A program made the position numbers and the translations under genes. DNA of 64,000 bases from assembly GCA_000708835.1 (NCBI GenBank), contig DF237360.1:19067-83066 (forward strand). The letters run 5' to 3'. Shown piece by piece: positions 1 through 24,049 of this stretch; position 1 is the stretch's first letter, and every line of letters starts with the position of its first letter. The notes beneath the pieces were generated by a model. The model was given only the letters and a program-made list of their open reading frames with translations. It ran no database searches and was not told the DNA's origin. Source of the stretch: Klebsormidium nitens. Its lineage: Eukaryota; Plantae; Klebsormidiophyceae.

Positions 1-449
1 CTAAGAGCGGATGCTTGGGGAGACGGTTATTGATGGCCAAGTACTTACGTCAAGGAACCTTTGTCCATAAGGTGAAGGTTGTGCGGTAGGTACACCTGAA
101 GTTTGTCTTTCCATTCAGGCGCTGATGTCAGAACGGAAAGGTCTGGTCGAGTGAATTCCCTGACAGGTTCGAGCAACTGTGACTATCATTATGTCTTCCC
201 CTACTTAGCGCTGCTCAGTGTTAGACAAGACTCCCCGGGCCGGGCCGGGTCCGGAGAAGATTATGCTGCTGAGTGTTGTTGATTATTCGGACGCTCGATT
301 TTGGACATGCGGGCCATGCTAGTCTGTCGGACCTGGCACGCGGGGACGGCCGCCTTGTGCCGGTTTGTACTATAAGCCGTTGCAATGATCCTTGTTATTT
401 AGTCGTCGAACTTAGCCGACCAGCCTGATTGCCTGGCATGTCCCATGTG

Positions 450-1100
450 AATCATCGGACATGTACGTGACTCGTCCGATCTAACTTGTGCATCAGTGCC
501 AGATATGTTTCCAAATACACCGGCGCGGGATTATCGCATCAGTACCAAAGCCGCCTCGCGAGATTGCGATTGGCTGGCATAGTAGGCGGCCCGGACTGAA
601 AAGCGTGAAATCGCAAGCCGCGGTGCACAACGGATTCTATTGAAATCGTAAATACATCGATCATAGTGAATGCAGTCACGGCATCCGAATACGTGCATGC
701 ACATTCAAGTTAGCCTAGCATGATCCATGCATGAGCTAGTAGTGATCTCAGTCACTGCTGCCGCCGGGCCCAAGCTTAAGATGGTATACCACGTGTGACG
801 TCGATCCCAGCAACACGTTCAGTGAAGACTGACGCGGTTCCAACAATGATGTTGGCCAAACCGGACTGCGTAAGCGAGTTCCAATCAAATATAGCATCCG
901 AAGCCTGTGCGCAGTTCATGCAGGCCGTGCATCGATGCTTTCAGTGACACGTATACTTCGTGTTACATTCGATCACCGGCTTAGTACTCAACATTGCCGG
1001 CCTTGAGCGTGACCGTACGTCCTCTCAGTGCATGACCAGTGCAGCCTTTGGGGTTTGCAGATTTAGCCCAGGCCCGGTGCCAAATTGGCATATGCTTCAA
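450..1100. other. Palindrome-dense RY-alternating island downstream of the HEAT gene
   Basis: GTGCATGCAC 693-702, GGGCCCAAGCTTAAG 766-780, GGTATACC 783-790, GCATCGATGC 929-938 and many 6-mers. Confidence 0.65.
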
Positions 1101-1248
1101 GCAAAGATCACGCACAAAGACGTGTAGCCTGCGGTTTGATGACCAGAACTGCCACAAGATATGTTTGGACTCTTGAATGACCCGCTCGATCTTTTTGGAA
1201 AAACTAAAGCCGGAATTGATCAGCGATTGCTGTAACCTCGAATACCCT

Positions 1249-4200
1249 CTACTCTGGTCGCGTACTGGGGGCCAGCATGATCGGCGCTCCGAACTGCAGC
1301 CCCGACGAGCCTAAAGTCGCCGACTTTATGATTGTCCTATTGACGGCGGCGGACTGCGCTTGGAGGGCGGGCGGGCCCACGAACGGGCTAGAATCGAGGG
1401 CCGCCCGCTGGTGATCGTCTAAGCGGGCGCGGAAGATCGTGGGGCCGATGAGCTCCTGCAACTCGCTGACGCAATACCCGGCCGCGCTCTCCACCAAGCG
1501 CTGCAGATCGGAAAGGACGATGACGTCAGCAACGACCATATTGCTGGGCCTATGAGCTCCTGCAACCCGCTGACGCAATACCCGGCCGCGCTCTCCACCA
1601 AGCGCTGCAGATCAGAAAGAATGATGCGTCAGACGCAATCAGATTCTGGGGCCGATGAGCTCCTGCAACTCGCTGACACAATGTCCGGCTGTGCTCTTCA
1701 CCAAGCGCTGTGGATCGGAAAGGACGATGACGTCATCAGCGATCAAATTTTGGGGCCTCTGAGCTCCCGAACTCGGTGATGCAATAAGCGGCCGCGCTTT
1801 CCACCAAGCGCTGCGCGCCGGAAGGAGGTGGTGACGTCAGCGGTAGCAAGAAAAGGGGCCGCATGTGAGGCGAGAAGAGAGTGAGCGAATATGGGCAGAC
1901 CGGAGAAGGAGATGAGGCGTGCATAAGAAGACTAGAAAGGACCAGCGCTCAGATAAGAAGGGGTCCATCGGTGCCCTTTTAGGCACTGCCCCGGCGCCGA
2001 ACAGAGTCTGTCGAGCGGTAACCTTGACACCGTGTGGCCCAAGGCGGCTGACCTTGTGGAGATCAATCAGAGAGGGGCATGTCGGCAGCCTTGATAGGTG
2101 GCACACAGACGAAAAGGATCGTTGAAGAAGGAAGGAAAATCAGCGGGAGACGAGAGGAAAGAGCACGCACGGACAAGAATAGGGAAAAGGAAGAAGACGT
2201 GGGGAAGCCAACGCACCAAGGAAACGGAATAAAGAGAAGGCTACGACACTCAATTGGAAGGATGAGGCTCGGAGCTTGCCTGGCGACACGTCAGCGCCCA
2301 GAAGAGCGGGTCAAGGAAAAGTTCCAGGTACGCCTTGAACCGTTTCTTGCCCATGTTCTGCAGGCGCAGACAAAGGGTAAAGTATAAGCATCTGAATCGC
2401 TGGCAGCACATTCACAAAGCAGATCTGGCGGTGGACGCGGAGACCCTCCCTAAAATAGAGACCAAGCAACTGACGTAGTCAGAGGTACGAAAACGGGGAA
2501 GCAACCGGCACGCTGTCCACTTTTCTTGGAGCAAATGAGCCTCAAGTGATCCTTCTTAAGCATGACACTGTTGCGGTTTTCGAGCTATGGCTTCATATGA
2601 CTCCAGAAATAAGGAGGCGCACTTCTGGAAAGCAAGTTTGTGGGATTTCTGATCTTATCGGATCTAGCAAGTCCCACCTTGGCTATGACCGGTAGTTGCT
2701 TCCACAGCGTATCCAGCAGGTCTGGAAACCGCTCGAAGCCCGTGCAATGGCCCTGTACGAGGGCACACACTCAGTGAGAATCGCAAAGTCCAAGTTTGAT
2801 GCCCCTCCAGTCTCTCCTCCCTCTAAGCTTCTCAGAAGCTCAGAAGGAGAACGCCGATTAATTCAAGGGGCCGGCTCTTGACCGGCCAATACGCATGTTG
2901 AAAATCTCGTATGCTTCCGCTCTTGCGAAGGGGGTCAGACTATTCCTAAATAGAGTCCCGCGTGCACCGAGAGGCGAATCAAATTGACAGTGCATTCAAG
3001 GGTTTCCAAAGAATAGTTGTTTATGACGAATTTGAAGCGCGTCCGCTTACGAGCTCTGCTAGAATGGGGAGGAACGCGACACTTTCTTCAGAAGTACCGC
3101 CGACAGATTCTGCAGCCGGTTCGCCTAACTAAAAACGCGCTCTCACTTTTTGAGAGGCTGACTCTCTGGAGGACAATTTGCAACTGAGAAAAAAGACCAA
3201 GACCAAAAAGTAGACTCACGAGCTCTGCTAGAAGAGGGAGGAACGACGGCACTTTCTCCGGAAGCACTGCCGACAGTTCCCGCAGCAGGTAGATGCCCCC
3301 TTCGGACGCCTCCCAGGGCTCGCCGTTCCGGACGGGCTGCGGACACTCGGCCTCGCCGTCCAGATTCGGACACGTGGCATTCGGAGGGTCGGCGCTTCCG
3401 TTGGTGGAGTGAGCGGCGCTGTGCAAAGGAGACAAGAGCGTTGCTGTGAATCGAAATCAATTAATACTATAACTTCTGTGACGAGCGAAACCTGATAGTA
3501 ATAAGAAGACTGCTGAAAAGGTCAAACAAGGACTACGTTCTCATCTACTTGCAAGGCCCATACCTTAGCAGCCAAAAACTCTAGAGACGTTCGGTTGACA
3601 TGTTGCCTGATTGAAACGAAGAAATGAAGAAACGGAAATACGACAAAAATGAAGAAAGGAAGAGCGTTGTGACCAGGAGGCAAGCGTTGACCGCAAACAA
3701 CACCCGAAAGTGGATGACAAAGAACCGACGATGGCGGGAGTCACAAGATGGTCTTGTGATGCATCACTTTTCCATCACAAATCCTACCCGTGCTACCCGT
3801 TCCGAGTCCTCTTCGCAGGGCCCCAGGGCAGTTTTCGAACATGTCGTGATCTGCGACCTGAAATCGGTTGTTCTTTTCGGAGGGCGCTTTGGCTTCGAAC
3901 CGGAGCCGGATGGGGAGTTCCGCTCCGGAAAAGCAAACGGACCCAGGCCCCTGTTCTAAAGAGAACAGGAACTGGTTCGTGAGACACGGCTCCAATCCGT
4001 AGGAATCAGATCGGTTCTCTACGAATCGGCCTTGAACTGGGGCCTCGGGTCCGGTTCTTCCGCCACTTTTCCGTAGCGGAACCTCCGGCTCGGCCCCGAT
4101 TCGGCCCCGCTTCAAATTCAAAGCGCCATATGTTCGCGGGTACCACATTAGTGGCCCGCAACGAAGAATACGCAACACGGATTCTTGCCGTGTCGGTGTA

Positions 4201-7200
4201 ACTTACCTGTCCGGTTTTCTGCTTCCGTTCGCGTCGTTTTGTACACCTCCGGACGGCTGTTGTTTGGCCTGGGAGAGCAGCGTCCGCAGCTCGGCGAGCA
4301 CCTGCAGTTGACGGGCGTGTTATGTTCAGTGATAAGCCGTGCAGATCAGTGAGCGAAGATTGTAGTCAAACGCGACGCATGGCTTGCTCAAGGCGGAGTA
4401 AAGCCGACGCTTGCAGAGCGCCGTTGCCGAGCAAGGCAAAGACAGGTATGGAGATCCCCTTAATCCCAGACGAGAAGCGCTGTCAACATTGATTCTGCAT
4501 CGAGGTGTCGATCGACGCAGGTCTCCTTCTTGAAATGTCTCAAACGGTCAGGTTCCTGTCCGTTTAAAGCACTGAACATCAGCAAAAGCGCTCTCGCGAC
4601 GTGCGAACCAGCAGCGCACCCGCTGACCTTCCGACCGAGAGTGCCCCTGAAGCGAAGACACGCATGAATCCCGAAACACTTTCTGTTGTCAATCACGAAA
4701 CTCGTTCGATGCATAAAGCAGCCAAAGAATGCAGCGCTGTGCTCAAATGAAGATCAACGTTCCCAGCAACTCTAGCCAATTGCGAAGCAACTCGCAAGAC
4801 AACCTTGAGGCAACTCTAAGACGATTCTGGAGCGGTTTTGAAGCAACTCGTAAGGCAACTTTGAAGCACTTCTAAGAGGGTACTCTGAAGCGATTTTGTA
4901 ACACGAAGCAATCCTTTAATTGGGACCGGAAGACGGACCTGCGGCGCGATCTCGTCCTTGTACGCGGTGGTGGCGCATCCGACAGCGACCGCGGCACTCT
5001 CGCGCACCGAGGGAATGCCTTGAAGGGGGTCAAGGACAAAGGGGCAACAAACGAAGGGGCGCTTTTTCACCGGAAGTTTCATCGAGGCCTCGACATGCCA
5101 GCCTTAAAATACCCGTACTTCTCGAGCTAGGAACATGGACACCGGCACTTCGATGACGTCAGGGTGTGCGTTTTGGAAGGCTTTCCAAAAAGTGAAGCAT
5201 GACCTGATTTGGCGGCGAACCTCTGTCCCAAGTACGGGGAATCCGAATGAGCTAGCAACCCCCAATCTTGGCTATTCTTGAGCTGTTTCGATTTTGTTCG
5301 TACTGGATTCACTGTCAAGAAGTGCCCATCAGCGGAATAACAGCAGCAACAATCCGAGCAGCAAGCGCGCTTGGGGATACTGTCTCTCAGAAGCGAGAGC
5401 CACGTGGACAGGAGCTGGTCGCGCGAGGCACGTGAAACGTCAGGAAAAGTAACCACGCACTGGCCGGATGCTGCACAAGGAGTGGATGCAGAATTTGGCA
5501 TTGGGGCGGCGAAAATCGCACTTATCATACGGCGAGCTTGTGTTAGGCTTGCTGAGATAAAACTTCGAGGACCACGAGCCCCAGATTGTTAGAACGGAAG
5601 GAGGGAGACCGTGGACTCCCCAGCCGAGGTACGAGACCCCTCTTAGCCATACCCCCTAGAATCGACGGTCTGGGTAGATTGACCTTACTAGAATAACCGT
5701 CGAACAAAGGGGTCATAAGGAATGGGGTTTCTACGGAGTACGCCGGAAGTCCCTGTTCTCATCCTCCTTCCGTTCAGTCAGGGTTCAGACGAGTCAGACG
5801 GGTCGGAAGCGTTTCGGTCTGCGACCTTTCAAGCATCTTTAGAATGTTGTCATCGGGTAACTGCTAACCGTGGTGCTCATGCCTTTGGAACGTACAACCT
5901 TGTGAAAGAGGGCGAATCTGTACCTTTCAAGATGCAAAACAGAGGTTGCAGAGTGCTTGTTCCCGACATTCCAACAAAGCACGTGTTAATTCCAGAGTGT
6001 AAGCCCAACAGAAAGCACGTGCCATTTCCGAAAGTGTAAACCCAACAGAAAGCACGTGTCATCTCCGGAAGTGTAAATCCAGCAGAAAGCACGTGTCACT
6101 TCCGGAAGTGTAAACCCAACAGAAAGCACGTGTCATTTCCGGAGTGTAGATACGCCAAGGCCCACCTGCGCACGCTGCCTCCCTCACGGGCCAATTCACA
6201 TCGCCCATCGCCGGCAGAAGCGCCCGGAGCATTCCCCCGACCTGCGGGGCGACGCGCGCGGGATCCACTTTTGCCGCCATTTCCCCCATGCAATGGCACG
6301 CCGCCTCTCTAACCGCGTAATTGCTTGACGAACACTGCTGGACGTAGTAGGCTGCGGTTTCCGGCGCGATCCTCGCGAGCGCGTCGCGCCCGTTAGTGCC
6401 CATCGCTAGTTTCCACGTCTCCTGGGAGAAGATGCGGACGCCCTCCGCGATGTAGTGGCGGTTAAGGCACCTGCGGACGGTCCGGTTAAGCATCGGGTTA
6501 AGGGAATTAGGCAGGGTTGACGATGGGGTTAAGTAGGGTTCGTATTAAGGGGATTAGGCATGGTTGACGATAGGGTTAAGAGAGTTTCATAGTTCAACCC
6601 TGGCCTTGACATTTTCTTTGCGGATTGCTCTGGGTTCTTCTCCCGTCCTGCGAGCTTCTAAAATGGGCTTCCAGGGGCTTGGAAGAGGAACATGGACGGA
6701 GGGATTGACTGTCGTAGTTGCGCAAAGCCAATCTCAAGGACCTGAGGACTGTCCGGTTGAGCGGCGGGGTGAGGTTGAGGCAGGCTTGGCGACGACTTCA
6801 GAAGGTTAGAGAGCTCTACCCCCCTCGCCTCTGCTTGCCTTTCCTGCTGTTCGTACGTCTTGACTTTTTTCCTGGATTGTTAACTGTTTGCCCTCTTTTG
6901 CATGAGTTTTTGGGGACTCGAAACAGGTGGTTGAACGAAGGGGCCGACTAACTAGTCAGTCCAAATGCACAATTTCAGTCTTCTTTCAAAGGCTGATTCT
7001 GGCCCGAAAAGCCATTCCTCCGGAATGCAATTTTCAATACCACGTCTGAGCAACACCATTTCTGCGACGTCGATTCACCTTTCAGGTACCATTCTTTCAC
7101 AAGATCGAGCAGAACAAGGAGTGAAGTGAATAGCATGATTTCAAGTAGAAGAAACATTCCAAGAAACATTCGGCGGAAGGCTCACATGGGCGGCAGAAGC

Positions 7201-10200
7201 ATGCCGTACAAGCGCTGAGCGTCAGCCGTAGCCGCAACGACGAACGCACGAGTGGCCACGGAAGCAGCTGCGAGCATCGACAAAAGAGTGACGTCAGCAT
7301 GAGAATGACGTTTCTGTGGTAGGCGGACTTTGTGAGAATTGAAAGATGAGTGATCTTCGAAGAGAAAGATTCTCACAAATGTAGCTGAACATGATTCCCA
7401 CATGGCGTATGCCCGATGCACGCACCAAATTCTCTTCACTTCCAGAGATGAAGATGGTCTCTGACGACATTCCCTCGGGTGAAGCAGTCGAGAAGGCTCA
7501 CAGGTCAATCCGTTGAAGGAGGCCAGATTCAAGACAGGACTCCAGCGACGAGATTGACAGAGGATAAAAGCACAGCTGACTTACGGCTTTCTCTTTGTGT
7601 AAGGACGGAGATCGTCCTGTAAATGTACTTCAGGATGGAACCGTCCGAGCCCCGTTCGGCAAGCAGCTCTCGACCGCTCAATAGTGGCAAGTCCCTTGTC
7701 TTCCAAGGAGCTTGTCTCCAAATATGAAAAAGCCGTGGGCACCGCCTCTAAAATCCTTGATCCAAAAACTTAGGTGCTTCGCACCCCTACCCACCCTACC
7801 CTCCAAAGCAAACCCTACCCGTCCCTCCACCTATGAACCTTAGGGGATAAAGGAACTGCCACAATGACCGCTCACCGTATCTAACCTGGCTCCAATTGTC
7901 CCCTAGCCCGGCCGCCAGCATGTCCGCAATCGCAGCGCCGCTGCACATGTCAGAACAAATGCTTACGTCAGCGGGTTCTGACGACATTGACGCCCGTTTC
8001 GGGGACGTTCCAAACAAACGCCGTCACTGGGGCGGCACCACGAAAGGAAGGTTTTCGGCAGGACCTGACTGACGTCGTAGACATCCTCAGCCCTGCGAAC
8101 ATAATAAACCGACGGGACAGTACGGTTGGGACACGGAGTGGCGAAGGTCGGCCGTACAAGCCCCACTGCCAAACAATGAATGTTTCACGAACGACCTGTT
8201 AAAATGTTTCTTCGACAAGCAAGCTGTTTTGGCCTGGACGGACGAACCCACTGAAACAAAAGGAAGGAAAGAACAAATACAGAAAGGAACAGAAATGAGA
8301 GGACGCTTCAGCAGAAGCGAAGGCGAGCGACGGTAAAGCATGGTTCGTGCCTAGGACTCCAGCCGTTAGACCATCTTCTGAACGCCATTTGAACCACTTT
8401 TTGAAGGGGATGTATTGAAACTCACTCTTGCACTTTTTCCCCAAGGGACCCCCCGAACAGCGCCCGCAGCGTGTAGAACCCCGTCTCACGCACGAAACGA
8501 TTCTTGTGCGTCAACGCCCGCTTGATAGCCGCCCACATTCGCGCGTCGACGAGAGGGATTCCTGGGTCCGGCGGAGCGGCGGGCCCCTCAGCCCGGCCTT
8601 CGAGCAGCCGTTGCAGCGTTTTGAAGGAGGTTTCGAGGCGCTGCAAGCTGCCCATGGTTGCCTGGGGGAAAACGCAGGATTGTGTAATCAAACTGGTTGA
8701 CTTCGAAGAAGGAGCAAAGCCAAAGCAGGAACAAAAGAACAGGCAGACTATTGTCCTTCTCCTCTGAGAGGTAGTAAATCTGTCCGGACGCAATCTCTTC
8801 CAAAGGCTTCTGTTCGCCTACGAAGGCCGCAAGGATCTCGCTTGTCAGTATATGATTGAGCTAGCGTTTCCCTGTCCATTGAGTGTCCACTGTCCTTTTT
8901 TTAGCTCGAGACCCAACTCCTTCCTTCAAGATGGGAGAGTGATCGATCGATCGTCAGATTAAGTGTGCCCGATTCGTCAGACATCCGGTTTCGCTTCTCT
9001 CGTCCCTCCAAACCGTTTTCAGCATAGTCTGACGACGGAAGAAAGTTCGAGGAGCCTATAGGGCTACAGTGGCTTCTTTAATCAAAGCAGCTGCTAGAAA
9101 GTTACCGCCAGCTGGAAATGCTAAGAACGCCTCGAACACATAGAGATTTCATTCGTCTTGTTGGGACGTCTACGATCTTGGCAGGAGACATGCTGTTGCG
9201 TACCTTGATCGCTCTTAGACGGCATGCACGATGTGAGAGTGCCAAACTCACCGCCAGCTCCGCTTTCCGGGCCCAGGAGTGCGGCCGATACATGCTCCGC
9301 ACTCCGCTCTGCGCTGGGTTTGCTCGGGGATTAGCGGTCGGGCTGGGAACGTCCCCGCTGACGTCATCTTCAGGGCTCGCGTCGTTTGAAGCTGCTTCAC
9401 GCTCGTAGTTGTCTTCGATGCTCTGCATTATGGGGCTGTAGGACGAACGGAGCAGGTGGTTCGTTGAAGACCAATTTAAAAACACAGGTCGGGGAGCAAG
9501 GGACAATCCGAACGGTTGCACGATATCCAGATGATAACCAAGTTCGTCCGCTAAGGACGGGCAGTTTACAAGTGCTGACTTGGTTTCTCAAGACAAGGCC
9601 CGATTAAGAACAAGAAGGCCTGGATCGTAACCTTGCTTATCGGAAAGCGACCAGATGTCGATGGAGATTGGAGGTGACCTCAGAAGCTTGCAGCACCGTT
9701 CAAAAGAGGGCAAAGAGTATGCCCATGAGTACCGAGGTTTGTTGGCAGAGGGAGGTTTTCTTACTCGCGAACAGTCAAGAAGGTCTGGTTGTCCGCGGTT
9801 CGCGCAAGCACAAAGACGCACTCTGCCACCGCCAGCCTGCAGGCCAAAGTCCAGATGGTTGGAATAGGTTCTTGAGTTGTTGGTGATCATCTCGAGTTGT
9901 TGATGACTGGGCTAGGTTCTTGAGTAGTTGAAGATCATCTCGTGTGTCTAATGAGTGGGCAAGGTTCTTGAGTTCTTGACAATCTTCTCGTGTTTGATGC
10001 TGAGATTGCTAGACTCTTGGAGTGTTGATAGTCATCTCGTGTTGCTATTTGACAACAGAAATCTTAGAAAGGTATGGTTCAACGTTCTTCTGGATGACTG
10101 GATGCTTCAGGGAGAGACTGGCTAAGGTGAAGTCATACCAGATACCTTTTCAATCAAGCCAACACTCTGACTTTAGTGAGAAGAACAGGGCGCAGATGGA

Positions 10201-11234
10201 ATGAGTGGCGTAGGGATTGTATTAAGGGCCAACATAGGGCTTCAGTGATGATGCCAATCAAGATCACCTGACGTGTGCTTCGGGATCCTCCAGATGATCC
10301 AGCGCCAGCTGCAAGATCTCCCCCGCAAAGGCGGCATCTTTGGACTCGGACAGGATGACCTGCAAAACATTGGGGAAGTACGAACGAGTGCTCGTTGGTC
10401 TGAGGTTTACGCTTACCAGCTGCAGAGCCGATGCAAGTGTTACAGTTAAGGAGTCGAAGCAGTCACTCTGATATCTGTCAATATGAAGGCAAGCTCCTTC
10501 CTCCCCCAATCACATCAAGACCGAGAATACCAGCTGAAGTATGATTCAACTCCTATCCTTTGTAACATCCAACATGAATCGAATGCTAAGTGCTTTCCAA
10601 ATGCGACGCTCAACAACCCTTCAGCAGCTTTGTTCTGGAATGAGGTGGTAGTTTAGTGCATTCTTAACCATCAAACAACCTCTGATGAAAGTTGGAAGGC
10701 CTCGATCGAACTTGGCAACTGGCCAGCATTCGCTAGACTTGAAATATACTTTCTTTTCACAATTGATGGCCGCAAACCTCCTGAGGACGTACCTTAGCTG
10801 CTAGGAATCCTCCATGCTTTGCCTCCCAAGATTCCGTAGACACCAAGCGCCGCACATTCTCAGCTGCTTCTTCTAGTAAAAGTGTTCTCTCAGCATCTTC
10901 TGCACTCGAAGCAGGCACCAGTAAGATCACTGCCGGACTCTTGTTTGAGGATTTGCTTGTATCACATTCAACATTGGAGCAAACAAAAAGTTTACTGCTG
11001 ACTGTGCCAGGCAATTGCCACTGTCAACCTCTTGTGGTCTTTCAACGAGGTTTGTTCAATATTGTCCCTATCAGCAGTCAAATCACAATACAATGCAGCT
11101 GTGCGCAATCAAAGGCGAGGCACGCCAAACTCACCTGTGCTTTCCAGTTTCTTCTCCAGCTGTATGACTGCGCGTTCTCTTTCTATGTGCCTTGCAGCTT
11201 GCAATCCATCCCAGATGCTTGCTGCATCGGCCAT
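1249..11234 (-). CDS. HEAT/ARM-repeat protein of unknown function, 16 exons, ~703 aa
   Basis: Phase-consistent exons: 11234-11135, 10899-10793, 10359-10268, 9836-9765, 9435-9252, 8661-8426, 7940-7876, 7267-7186, 6470-6166, 5470-5381, 5018-4939, 4301-4207, 3418-3220, 2752-2678, 2357-2280, 1500-1249 (2112 nt). Repeated HEAT-like signatures: LEDPEAHVRLAVAEC, THKNRFVRETGF, LGDNWSQVRYAASVA, SSNYAVREAACHCM, GDVNWPVREAAC, RDSIPSVRESAAVA. The last intron needs a GC donor. Confidence 0.8.
1441..1850 (-). repeat. 4 x ~104 bp tandem copies of the last 3' splice site plus exon head of the HEAT gene
   Basis: AG|CGCTTGGTG at 1810, 1707, 1604 and 1500 (functional). Confidence 0.95.
3818..4157. mobile_element. 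Foldback / possible decayed Harbinger-like MITE (340 bp) in HEAT-gene intron
   Basis: Imperfect inverted arms ~3880-3962 and ~4030-4128 (e.g. GTTCCGCTCCGGAAAAG vs CTTTTCCGTAGCGGAAC). Ends GGGCC...GGCCC are flanked by GCA on both sides. The terminal match is short. Confidence 0.45.
5970..6150. repeat. Intronic minisatellite, 5 x ~37 bp
   Basis: Unit ACCCAACAGAAAGCACGTGTCATTTCCGGAAGTGTAA, starting at about 5970, 6003, 6040, 6077 and 6114. Confidence 0.9.
6497..6580. repeat. 2 x 47 bp intronic duplication just upstream of the exon 9 acceptor
   Basis: TTAAGGG(A/G)ATTAGGCA(G/T)GGTTGACGAT(G/A)GGGTTAAG occurs twice. Confidence 0.8.
9866..10055. repeat. Intronic minisatellite, 4 x ~48 bp
   Basis: AGGTTCTTGAG...ATC(A/T)TCTCG units at 9866, 9914, 9962 and 10011 (the last is degenerate). 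Confidence 0.85.
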
Positions 11235-11932
11235 TTGCGAAAGCACGAACGAGTAGGATATCCCTGAACCTGTTGTTGAAGGACTGTCTACTCCTCTCTG
11301 CTTTTCCTCCTTTTTTCTGCCTTCGCTTCACTCGTAGGCGCCAAGTTTGTATTTGAGATCAAGCGTACTGGAACAAATGCCATGCTGCAGGCTGCACTGC
11401 AGCGGCGCAGGCTCAGCTCGCAGCGCAAGCCTTGGCTTTCTCTGGGACTAGAGTAGGCTTCATTCAGTGACGGGAACTGGCACATCCGTGACTGTCCACG
11501 GCCTTGATAACGCTGGAGTGCCGGTTTACGTGCATCCCCAACAAATACCATTGCCGCACGGCAAGTTGTGTTCTCATTAATTGGCCAAGTGGCAAACTGT
11601 CGGGTGACGTAGGCAGTCTGGTGCCAGCTCAGCACTTCGAAAAAGTTCAGGGGAAACCACGTGGCAGGCGTAATCATGGCTTCTTCCTTCGGAAAAAAGG
11701 AAGGTGGGGGCTGGCCAGCAAGAAGGACTCGAGGAGAGGGCCGGGCGCTTCAGGGCTGCCTGCTGCAGAACTGCTGAGGTAGGTCGTGGCCTAAACCCGG
11801 TCACCTTGCAACACTCCCTCTATCTCGTGTTCTCTGGCCAGCGCATGTCGGAAAAAGGACGTAATTGAATTCCTTCTCTATTGCATTCAATTACGAGGCA
11901 TCAACCGCCTCCCTGTGGAACTTTCTGGGAAC
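11235..11932. promoter_or_regulatory. Divergent (head-to-head) intergenic region, HEAT gene / beta-galactosidase
   Basis: About 0.7 kb between opposed start codons. Promoter function is inferred from geometry only. Confidence 0.5.
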
Positions 11933-23757
<11,825 letters not shown>

Positions 23758-24049
23758 ACGGACTGATTTTGTGGATCGATCAGCACCTAGTGTAAAGAGC
23801 AAACGGCCGCTTTGGGCTCTTTTACAACTGCCCCGGCCGAGAATTTGAGGACATGACATCCAGGCTGCCTGATTGATCGTCACCTACTTGATTCTGTTAC
23901 GGTGTACCATAAATTTTGACCGTTGTGCTTGGGATACTTTGGTAGCCCTAGATCTGATTTCTCCTTGTGGTAACCATCCGACATGACTCCAGGCCTTGCT
24001 GCAGAATCTGCCTAGTGGCTGATTGAACACGAATGGGATATCATGCCTC

